From an uncultured Bacteroidota bacterium (GTDB lineage: Bacteria; Bacteroidota; Bacteroidia; Bacteroidales; JAAUTT01), in NCBI GenBank assembly GCA_963766305.1, contig CAVYAE010000078.1, forward strand, positions 6,811 through 70,810: DNA of 64,000 bases, given 5' to 3'. How positions within the stretch are numbered: position 1 is the stretch's first letter; every line of letters starts with the position of its first letter. The notes under the pieces are model-generated. The model did no database searches, was not told where the DNA came from, and worked only from the letters and a program-made list of their open reading frames with translations. The position numbers were made by a program, and so were the translations under genes. Below are positions 56,554-63,943 of this stretch, in pieces.

Positions 56554-58299
56554 ATGTCAGAAAACAATGCAACTTTTGAACCACCTATTGGTGATGAATT
56601 ATTGAATCCTGCAATAATTGCCCAAATAGCAAGCAGAATTTATAATGAAATACCTGGTGTTTCAGGAATACCTGTTAATCTTGCTGAGGCTTCAAAAACA
56701 CCCTCGGAGTACAGTGATCCCGGAGAGTTGTTGAATTATAATACCTCAATTGATGAACCGGCTATTGCTGATTTTAGTTTTTTAAAGAATATATTGGGCC
56801 TGGAATCAGGTGCTGGTTGCATAGCTAAAGTATTAAGAGTAGAAAATACAAAACAAAGTGATTTTTCAGGGAAATTGCTGGGAGGATATATACCTGATTA
56901 TTACTTTCTTAAAAACAGTAATATTCAGGAAGATAAACAATTATTAGAGCATACGGATAACCTGGTAAATCAGCAAACCCTGACGGGAGACACTGCCGGA
57001 GCATCCAGTTTGAAACAATATGTTCAAAAGGTTCGGTCAGTAAATGGTGGCTTCTCAGAGAAAAGCCGGGATAATTCAATTTTTGATGTTAACCGTATCA
57101 GGAAGGATTTTCCCGTTCTTAACCAGTATGTGCACGGGAAGCCTTTAATATGGTTTGATAATGCAGCAACGACACAAAAACCCGGAAGTGTAATAGATTC
57201 CTTGTCCAGGTTTTACAGTCATGATAATTCAAACATACACCGGGGAGCACATTCCCTGGCAGCGAGGGCTACTGATGGCTATGAAGGTACAAGGGAGAAT
57301 GTAAGGCGTTTTCTGGGAGCGGGGTCCGTGTCTGAAATTGTATTTGTAAGGGGAACCACAGAAGCTATTAATCTGGTAGCTCAGACCTGGGGAAGGAAAA
57401 ACATTCTTCCTGGTGATGAGATACTTGTTACTATACTGGAACATCATGCAAATATTGTACCCTGGCAAATGCTGGCAAAGGAAAAAGGGGCAATCCTCCG
57501 TCCCATACCTGTAAATGACAGGGGTGAGATTTTACTTGATGATTACAGCAGGTTGCTTACGCCGCATACAAAATTGGTAGCTCTTACACATGCTTCGAAC
57601 AGCATTGGTACCATTTTGCCTGTTAAGGAAATGATACAGCTCGCCAAACGATATGATACAAAGGTATTGGTAGACGGAGCACAGTCTGTGGCTCACATAC
57701 CTGTCAACGTCCAGGACCTGGATGCTGATTTCTTCGTATTTTCAGGCCATAAAATATTTGCTCCTACCGGTATAGGTATTTTGTTCGGTAAAAAGGAAAT
57801 ATTGGAAAATATGCCTCCATGGCAGGGTGGGGGAAATATGATTAAGGATGTCACCTTCGGAGAAACTATTTTTAATAAAGTACCGGATAAATTTGAAGCA
57901 GGTACACCAAGTATTGGTGACGCAATAGGTTTAGGCGCTGCACTGGATTATGTAAATAAAGTTGGTCTGCATAATATTGCCGCTTACGAGCACAAACTTA
58001 CTGATTATGCAACCGGGCTGTTAAGGCAAATTCCAGGGGTAAGACTTATAGGCTTACCTGGAGAAAAAGTAGGAGTTATATCTTTAGTATTAAACAATAT
58101 TAATAGTGAACAGGCAGGCCGGTACCTCGACCAGGAAGGGATTGCCCTGCGTACGGGACATCATTGTGCTCAGCCAGCCCTGAGAAGGTTTGGAGTAGAA
58201 AGTACCATAAGACCTTCATTTTCATTTTATAATACCTTTGATGAGATTGACTGTTTTGTTGCAGCCATTAAGAAAATTGCCCAGGGGAAATTACTATAA
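56554..58299 (+). CDS. SufS/CsdA-type (class II) cysteine desulfurase with ~175-aa N-terminal extension; predicted encapsulin cargo
   Basis: The core starts at 'IRKDFPVLNQYVHGKPLIWFDNAATTQKP' and includes 'HRGAHSLA', 'FSGHKIFAPTGIG' (PLP Lys) and 'RTGHHCAQP' (active-site Cys). The N-terminal ~175 aa are low-complexity and contain 'LNPAIIAQIASRIYNEIPG', reminiscent of the cargo-loading motif of Family 2 desulfurases. Confidence 0.85.
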   Translation: MSENNATFEPPIGDELLNPAIIAQIASRIYNEIPGVSGIPVNLAEASKTPSEYSDPGELLNYNTSIDEPAIADFSFLKNILGLESGAGCIAKVLRVENTKQSDFSGKLLGGYIPDYYFLKNSNIQEDKQLLEHTDNLVNQQTLTGDTAGASSLKQYVQKVRSVNGGFSEKSRDNSIFDVNRIRKDFPVLNQYVHGKPLIWFDNAATTQKPGSVIDSLSRFYSHDNSNIHRGAHSLAARATDGYEGTRENVRRFLGAGSVSEIVFVRGTTEAINLVAQTWGRKNILPGDEILVTILEHHANIVPWQMLAKEKGAILRPIPVNDRGEILLDDYSRLLTPHTKLVALTHASNSIGTILPVKEMIQLAKRYDTKVLVDGAQSVAHIPVNVQDLDADFFVFSGHKIFAPTGIGILFGKKEILENMPPWQGGGNMIKDVTFGETIFNKVPDKFEAGTPSIGDAIGLGAALDYVNKVGLHNIAAYEHKLTDYATGLLRQIPGVRLIGLPGEKVGVISLVLNNINSEQAGRYLDQEGIALRTGHHCAQPALRRFGVESTIRPSFSFYNTFDEIDCFVAAIKKIAQGKLL

Positions 58300-58336
58300 A
58301 GGAACATGTTACCTAATTAGTTTTTGTTTTGTAAAT

Positions 58337-58364
58337 CCCGGTGTTTGCGAAAATCCCGGGTTTT
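58337..58364. terminator. Possible terminator hairpin between the convergent desulfurase and JAMM genes
   Basis: CCCGG-(14 nt)-CCGGG followed by TTTT. The stem is only 5 bp. Confidence 0.35.
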
Positions 58365-58445
58365 ACATTTTATCCTTTTTTAATCAATATTGCACAGTAT
58401 TTATCATCAATCATTATAAAGATGATGAAATGTGTCTGGTAATAA

Positions 58446-58844
58446 TTAATTTATAATCTTGATCTCTTCATTCAAAGCGATGCCATTGACAATGCGAAAT
58501 GACTTTACCACCGGTTCTTTTTCTGCAAGGGAAATAATTATATAGCTGATATCCGGATCATAGGCAAGACGTATGTCTTCCTGTGAAGGTCGTGAAGGAG
58601 TTGATGGATGGCTGTGGTAATTTGCAATAATATTTAAGCCTTTATTACGGGCTTCTTTTACAGTTTTAAACTGTTCTGACGGATCGAATGAAAAATGTTC
58701 AGGGCTATGGTCAGTATTAGTAAGCTCATAGGCCGTTGTTATAACACCGTCCTCTCCCGCAAGATAACCACATGCTTCATCCGGCAGGTCTTTTTTAGCA
58801 TGTGCTATAATCTGATCTAATATACCACTTGATATTGAAATCAT
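58446..58844 (-). CDS. JAMM/MPN+ metalloprotease (Mec+/HcyD/QbsD-like)
   Basis: 'EACGYL' and 'HSHPSTPSRPSQED' (E...HxH...S..D JAMM motif). The start overlaps the TusA-like stop by 4 nt. Confidence 0.85.
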   Translation of the reverse strand: MISISSGILDQIIAHAKKDLPDEACGYLAGEDGVITTAYELTNTDHSPEHFSFDPSEQFKTVKEARNKGLNIIANYHSHPSTPSRPSQEDIRLAYDPDISYIIISLAEKEPVVKSFRIVNGIALNEEIKIIN

Positions 58845-59065
58845 TTTTCAATAGTTATTTTGTGTACAGAATCTTTCACATGCTGAATATTCAAAACCTT
58901 ATATCCCTGTTCAGTGGCGCTCTTAGGCACATTCTCCAATGGCTCACCTTCTGTAAGTAAAACTTCAAGGATATCTCCATTATTAAGTTTTGACAATTCA
59001 ATTTTAGTTTTTACAAATGTCATCGGACAATGTTCTTTTGTAATATCAAGTTGTTTAGTTGCCAT
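58841..59065 (-). CDS. TusA/SirA-family sulfurtransferase
   Basis: 74 aa. 'LDITKEHCPMTFVKTKIELSKL..GDILEVL' carries the conserved Cys, in CPMT rather than the canonical CPxP. Confidence 0.7.
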   Translation of the reverse strand: MATKQLDITKEHCPMTFVKTKIELSKLNNGDILEVLLTEGEPLENVPKSATEQGYKVLNIQHVKDSVHKITIEK

Positions 59066-59080
59066 AATATTTAAGTTTCA

Positions 59081-59911
59081 TTATTTATGATGTTCATTTT
59101 CTGTAATCGGCGGTGTTTCGCAAACTGGCAGGTCATAGGTTTGTAATTCAGTTATCGTAGGATGTTCACCGCAGATGGGGCATTGTTTGTTTCTGTTAAA
59201 TGTTATATTACGAAATTCCATGGATAATGCATTAAATGTCAGCAAACGGTTTGTCAACAGTTCACCCGTTCCTGTAAAATACTTCAGCACTTCGGTAGCT
59301 TGTATAGTTCCGAGCATCCCTGCAATCGATCCCAATACTCCTGCCTGCGAACATGTAGGCACAGCATCGGGTGGTGGCGGACTGTTGAAGGCACACCTGT
59401 AACAAGCGTTGTCAGGAGTATGGGTAAATGTTTGTCCTTCAAAACGAAGGATACCTCCATGTGAGAATGGTTTACCCGATATTACACAAGCATCATTAAT
59501 CAGGAATTTTGTAGGAAAGTTGTCTGTACCATCAATTACAAAATCGTAGTTTTTTATAATATCAAATATATTATAGGATGACAGTAAATCCTGGTAAGCA
59601 ATTACATATACATCCGGGTTGAGCTTATTTATTTTTTCTTTTGCGGAGTTCACCTTTGGTTTATTGACGTCTTCGGTATAATGTATGACCTGTCTCTGGA
59701 GGTTGGTCAGATCAACTACATCGGCATCTATTATTCCAATTGTCCCCACACCTGCTGCAGCAAGGTAAAGAGCAGCAGGTGAACCAAGTCCGCCTGCCCC
59801 GACTATGAGTACCTTACCTTCCATAATTTTTTGCTGTCCTTCAACACCCACATTCTGAAGGATTATATGCCTGCTGTAACGTTCAATTTGGGAATCTGTA
59901 AATTCTATCAT
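59081..59911 (-). CDS. ThiF/MoeB/HesA-family E1-like adenylyltransferase (HcyF/MoeZ-like, no rhodanese domain)
   Basis: 'RYSRHIIL..VG.EGQQKI....VLIVGAGGLGSPAALYLAAAGVG', 'DLTNLQRQ', and the Zn motifs 'CYRC' and 'CPICG'. Confidence 0.9.
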   Translation of the reverse strand: MIEFTDSQIERYSRHIILQNVGVEGQQKIMEGKVLIVGAGGLGSPAALYLAAAGVGTIGIIDADVVDLTNLQRQVIHYTEDVNKPKVNSAKEKINKLNPDVYVIAYQDLLSSYNIFDIIKNYDFVIDGTDNFPTKFLINDACVISGKPFSHGGILRFEGQTFTHTPDNACYRCAFNSPPPPDAVPTCSQAGVLGSIAGMLGTIQATEVLKYFTGTGELLTNRLLTFNALSMEFRNITFNRNKQCPICGEHPTITELQTYDLPVCETPPITENEHHK

Positions 59912-59984
59912 AAAGATACCTTGTCCTTCTTAATTGTTTTAAATAATCAGCCATAATTAAATGGTAATCCGTGTACGTCATCGT

Positions 59985-60040
59985 TAATCAGTTATCAATC
60001 ATCTGTCGTCCATAATCAGTCGTCAATCATCTGTCCTCAG
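59985..60040. repeat. 28-bp tandem repeat x2 in the metY - E1 spacer
   Basis: TAATCAGTTATCAATCATCTGTCGTCCA / TAATCAGTCGTCAATCATCTGTCCTCAG. The second copy overlaps the metY stop codon (60037-60039). Confidence 0.85.
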
Positions 60041-61269
60041 ACTAAAGCTGATTCAATATCTGTTAATAAATCATTAATATCTTCTATTCCTGCTGATAAT
60101 CTCAATAATGTATCCGGTACTCCTATTTTCTGGCGTGTTTCGAAACCAAAATCACAATATATTGTCGAAGCAGGATGAATAATTACTGATTTGTTATCGT
60201 AAATATTTGTTGCACGCCGGATTAATTTCAGATTATTAATAAAATCAAAACTTTCCTGCTTTGTTTCGAAATTTATTGTAAGCATGGCTCCAGGGTATTT
60301 ACCAAACTGCTTAAGGCCGATATTGTAAAATGGTGAGCCGGGTAAACCCGGATAATTCACATTTTTTATGCCTGGTTTATCCAGAAGATATTCAGCTATG
60401 GACAGACAATTACTTACCGATTTGTCAAAACGAAGTGCAAGGGATTCAAGCCCCACACTCTGAAGGTAAGCATTGAATGGTGACAGGCAGGCACCTAAGT
60501 TTCTTTGTATTTCTCTTCTAAGCTTGACTTTTAGTACCCAGGGTCCGAATTTAGAAGATAAATTGGAAAGCTTTTTGTTGTACGACCAATCATAAGTGCC
60601 ATAGTCTACTATAATCCCTCCGACTGAGGTAGCCCCTCCTGAAATTATTTTAGTACTGGATATTACTTCAATATTTATACCAAAATCTGAAGCCCGGAAT
60701 ATATTAGGCGGAGTAAGGGTGGTATCGGCAATTAATAATAAATGATGCTCTTTGGCAACCCCTGATAAAGGGCTAATATCAGCAATTTCAAGTTGAGGAT
60801 TTGTAATGGTTTCAATATATATTGCCACGGTATCCCCATCTATATTTTGTTGTACTTCTTCAATATTGTTTAAGTCACAAAACCTGACTTCAACACCAAA
60901 AGGTTCCAGAGTAGATGTAAAAAAGGAATAAGTGTTCCCAAACAGGTGCCTCGAGGCAATTATATTGCTGCCAGCCTGGCATATGGCTAAAAATATATTC
61001 GAAATGGCAGCCATGCCTGAGCCTAGTGCAGAAACAGCTATGCCTCCTGTAACCGATAATATCCGTCTTTCGAGGTTTTCTACTGTAGGGTTTGAAATAC
61101 GGGTATAGATATGGTCAGGATGATGCCCAAGAAATGCCTCTTCCATGTATTCAGCAGATTCAAATTCAAAGGCAGCATTGCTGTATATTGGCATTTGAAG
61201 TGCATTGTGAGCATCGTTTCTGGCATAGCCGGTATGAATTATTTTAGTAGAAAACCCTTCCAGTTCCAT
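60037..61269 (-). CDS. metY: O-acetylhomoserine sulfhydrylase-like PLP enzyme (MetY family)
   Basis: 'YTRISNPTV', 'LGSGMAAI', 'SSTKIISGGATSVGGIIVDYGTYDWS' (PLP Lys and the OAHS-type insertion), C-terminal 'LLRLSAGIEDINDLLTDIESAL'. Confidence 0.8.
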   Translation of the reverse strand: MELEGFSTKIIHTGYARNDAHNALQMPIYSNAAFEFESAEYMEEAFLGHHPDHIYTRISNPTVENLERRILSVTGGIAVSALGSGMAAISNIFLAICQAGSNIIASRHLFGNTYSFFTSTLEPFGVEVRFCDLNNIEEVQQNIDGDTVAIYIETITNPQLEIADISPLSGVAKEHHLLLIADTTLTPPNIFRASDFGINIEVISSTKIISGGATSVGGIIVDYGTYDWSYNKKLSNLSSKFGPWVLKVKLRREIQRNLGACLSPFNAYLQSVGLESLALRFDKSVSNCLSIAEYLLDKPGIKNVNYPGLPGSPFYNIGLKQFGKYPGAMLTINFETKQESFDFINNLKLIRRATNIYDNKSVIIHPASTIYCDFGFETRQKIGVPDTLLRLSAGIEDINDLLTDIESALV

Positions 61270-61319
61270 CCTTCCATTTTTGTTAACTGCAAAGATGCAA
61301 CCATATGGTTTTACTTTAA

Positions 61320-61360
61320 ATACCTATGATTTGGTATATTTCGTACCGTTATTTAGGTAT
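61320..61360. promoter_or_regulatory. Paired palindromic operator candidates upstream of metY
   Basis: Perfect ATACC-tatgattt-GGTAT at 61320-61337. GTACC-gttattta-GGTAT at 61343-61360 lies 23 bp away centre to centre. The pair sits 51-91 nt upstream of the metY ATG (61269, minus strand). Confidence 0.6.
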
Positions 61361-61519
61361 AAGGATTGATTTTGATATATCGTAGCTGATTGGTTATTGT
61401 AAACTGTACGCGATTGATTATGATATGTTGACCTTAATTTATTTATTGTATTGTAAACAATATCTTCAAGATGATTGATTAACCATGTTTAAGAATTCTG
61501 TCAAAGTATCACTTTTCAC

Positions 61520-62596
61520 CTACAAAATAAGCTTGTCCATTAACCTGATGTAAACATCTATTCCATTTTTGATTTCGTCGAGACCGATGTATTCATCAGC
61601 TGTATGTGAGCGGGCAGAATCGCCGGGTCCTATTTTTATAGAAGTGCAACCGATTACAGCCTGATCGGAGGTAGTAGGAGAACCATAGGTTGATAAGCCT
61701 GTCTCAATTCCACGTTTGACAATTGGATGTTCAATTGAAATACTGGATGAATTATGATCCAGGGAACGAGGAACAATGGTTGAGTACTTCATATGGCTTC
61801 TAATGATTTCAAGAGCCTGTTCATTTAAATAATGTTCATTGGTGCGCACATCCACTGTATAATTACAATTGTCAGGTACAACATTGTGCTGCGATCCTGC
61901 ATTAATTATTGTAACAGACATTTTAACCTTACCATTTATTTCTGATTCTTTTGGAAACTGAAATTCCTGGAACCATTTAATATCTTCAATTGCCTTATAT
62001 ATTGCGTTTATACCTTCATTTCGCGCAGCGTGACCTGATTTTCCAGCAGTTTTACAATCAAGCACCATAAGTCCTTTTTCAGCAACAGCCATTTGCATTT
62101 GAGTAGGCTCACCGACTATGGCAAGATCTATTTTACCCAAATCGTCAATTATACTTTTAACTCCATTAATACCTGTGTTTTCTTCTTCACCTGTGGCGCT
62201 GTATATGAGGTTATACTTACGGTCAGACTTTTGAGAAAGGTAATAAAAAGCCATCATCATACAAACCAACGGACCACCTGCATCATTGCTTCCAAGACCA
62301 AATAGTTTACCGTCCTTCTCAACAGGTGTAAAAGGATCAACTGTCCAGGACGATGAAGGTTTTACCGTATCATGATGTGAATTAAGTAAAATAGTTGGCA
62401 ATTTATCTGATAAGAAGGAGCTCACCCAGACATTGTTGTTTTTACGGTTAGTTGTAAACCCGTCCGATTTTAAAAAACCTTCTATCAGATCAGCAGTTTT
62501 ATGTTCCTGGGTGCTAATTGAAGGAATAGAAATCATTTGTTTAAGAAGGTTTAACGCTTTAAGGTAGTATTTTTCCAACCGGACGGATTGTTCCAT
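61520..62596 (-). CDS. M20-family deacylase (ArgE-like acetyl/succinyl-ornithine deacylase)
   Basis: 'LLNSHHDTV', 'LFGLGSNDAGG', 'ATGEEE' and 'GHAAR' are M20 metal-site motifs. Sits next to argF'. Confidence 0.75.
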   Translation of the reverse strand: MEQSVRLEKYYLKALNLLKQMISIPSISTQEHKTADLIEGFLKSDGFTTNRKNNNVWVSSFLSDKLPTILLNSHHDTVKPSSSWTVDPFTPVEKDGKLFGLGSNDAGGPLVCMMMAFYYLSQKSDRKYNLIYSATGEEENTGINGVKSIIDDLGKIDLAIVGEPTQMQMAVAEKGLMVLDCKTAGKSGHAARNEGINAIYKAIEDIKWFQEFQFPKESEINGKVKMSVTIINAGSQHNVVPDNCNYTVDVRTNEHYLNEQALEIIRSHMKYSTIVPRSLDHNSSSISIEHPIVKRGIETGLSTYGSPTTSDQAVIGCTSIKIGPGDSARSHTADEYIGLDEIKNGIDVYIRLMDKLIL

Positions 62597-62729
62597 TTTA
62601 ATTTTGTTTTTTTAGCGAATATATTTAAAGTACTATGAATACTGATTAAGGAATTGTTAAGATTAATAGGATAGTTCAAATGCGGGTTAAGATTTTAAAT
62701 ACTAAAATCTAAGATCAACATTGACGTTC

Positions 62730-63689
62730 CTACTTTCCGGTTTCCAAACTTTCAAGTATAGTCTTTAATACAGTCTGTGCAGAGTATATCCTGTTTTCAG
62801 CTTCGTCGATAATTACAGAATCCCTGCTGTCTATGACCTCATCTGAAACAATCATATTTCTGCGTACCGGCAGACAATGCATAAATTTAGCACTATTGGT
62901 CAGTTTCATTTTTTCAGCGGTTACAGTCCAGTTGCGGTCAACGCTAAGTACTTTTCCATAATCCAGATAATTAGACCAGTTTTTCGCATATATAAAATCC
63001 GCTCCTTCGAATGCTTTTAACTGGTTATATTCAATTTTTGTCCCTTTAGTATATTTTTCATCCAGCTGGTAGCCCTCCGGATGGGTAACAATAACATCGT
63101 ACCCTGCTGCAACAGACCATTCCAGAAAGGAATTTGGTACTGCCTGAGGAGTGGCCTTGGGGTTTGGCGCCCAGGTCAACACTACTTTAGGGCGTTTAAC
63201 TTTTTTATATTCTTCTATTGTAAGAATATCGGCAAAACTTTGCAAAGGATGTCCTGTAGCTGCTTCCAGGCTGACAATGGGAACCCCTGAATATTTAACA
63301 AACTGACTTATTACATTTTCATTATAATCAAACTCCCTGTCAACAAGTCTTGCAAAAGATCTTATTCCTATTATATCGCAATACCTTCCGATAACGGCTG
63401 CAGCTTCCTTTATATGTTCTGATTTATCACTATCCATAATAACACCAAATTCAGTTTCCAATTTCCACCCTTCTTCATTGATGTTAAAAACTATAGTTCT
63501 CATGCCAAGATTTTCAGCAGCCCGCTGGGTGCTGATACGAGTTCGTAAACTTGAATTGAAAAATAATAAACAAATATTTTTGTGTTTACCCAAATGTTCA
63601 TATTTGTATGGATTTTTTTTTATCTCAAAAGCTGTTTTTATTAATTCACCTAAGTCGTCTACATCCGTTATAGATAAGAAATTCTTCAT
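62730..63689 (-). CDS. argF': N-succinyl-L-ornithine carbamoyltransferase
   Basis: Close, collinear resemblance to the Bacteroides fragilis enzyme as I remember it: 'FFNSSLRTRISTQ', 'GWKLETEFGVIMD', 'HPLQSFADILTIEEYKK', 'WAPNPKATPQAVPNSF', 'FMHCLPVRRN'. Confidence 0.9.
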   Translation of the reverse strand: MKNFLSITDVDDLGELIKTAFEIKKNPYKYEHLGKHKNICLLFFNSSLRTRISTQRAAENLGMRTIVFNINEEGWKLETEFGVIMDSDKSEHIKEAAAVIGRYCDIIGIRSFARLVDREFDYNENVISQFVKYSGVPIVSLEAATGHPLQSFADILTIEEYKKVKRPKVVLTWAPNPKATPQAVPNSFLEWSVAAGYDVIVTHPEGYQLDEKYTKGTKIEYNQLKAFEGADFIYAKNWSNYLDYGKVLSVDRNWTVTAEKMKLTNSAKFMHCLPVRRNMIVSDEVIDSRDSVIIDEAENRIYSAQTVLKTILESLETGK

Positions 63690-63833
63690 TGTTGTTATAT
63701 ATTATATTAAAAATACTATTTCATTTCTTTTTGTAAGAAAAAGAAACGGGCATCGCAATTTAATTCAATTTAATGCGAGTTCGACCATACCTTTTAAAAA
63801 ATATTTGGTCAAACGAAATAAGAAGAAGTTTTT

Positions 63834-63943
63834 GGCGGGCCGAACGCGCACCCGGGGCTTCACTTGGACAGCGCCCCGCCTGTATGGTGGATTGTTTATG
63901 TGCCCCCTGCGGATTTACCTGGAAGTACCGCATACGGTATAGC
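63834..63943. other. GC-rich (~60%) patch in AT-rich intergenic DNA; candidate structured RNA or foreign fragment, unidentified
   Basis: My hand count gives 68 G+C in 110 nt (38 of the first 50). It contains GGCGGG...CCCGCC and TACCG-cata-CGGTA pairings. A second GC-rich stretch runs to the window edge (63971-64000). Confidence 0.3.

Noticed and set aside
58238-58456. 72-aa ORF spanning the desulfurase 3' end and the convergent intergenic region.
   Set aside because: It overlaps the well-supported desulfurase C-terminus out of frame and then runs through the putative terminator. No motif was recognised.
46252-61360. Could the ATACC-N8-GGTAT palindromes simply be weak intrinsic terminators?
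   Set aside because: The stems are only 5-8 bp and AT-rich. The site at 46254 lies in a divergent promoter region where no transcript should end. The same specific half-site sequence recurs at all loci with fixed 8-nt spacing and a companion site 23-24 bp away, which fits protein recognition better. The idea is not fully excluded for the 50831 site, which is followed by TTTTATTTT.
33945-61481. The recurrent word ATTGATTA (33945 array, 37127, 61413, 61474) as a dispersed regulatory motif.
   Set aside because: For a sequence with about one-third GC, I estimate roughly 10 chance occurrences of such an A/T-rich 8-mer on both strands of 64 kb. The recurrence alone is therefore not significant.
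61270-61519. SAM (S-box) or another riboswitch upstream of metY.
   Set aside because: I could not find the conserved S-box elements (CUUAUCAAGAG..., GGUGCUAAAUCC...GAGAGAUGAG-type blocks) on the minus strand. The region instead carries the palindromic sites.
63834-63943. Specific identities for the GC-rich patch: tRNA, tmRNA, SRP RNA, RNase P RNA, cobalamin / c-di-GMP / ZTP riboswitch.
   Set aside because: Partial resemblances only (for example GGUAAAUCC, AAGCCCCGGG). None of the diagnostic conserved cores is present in the right order, so it is reported only as an unidentified element.
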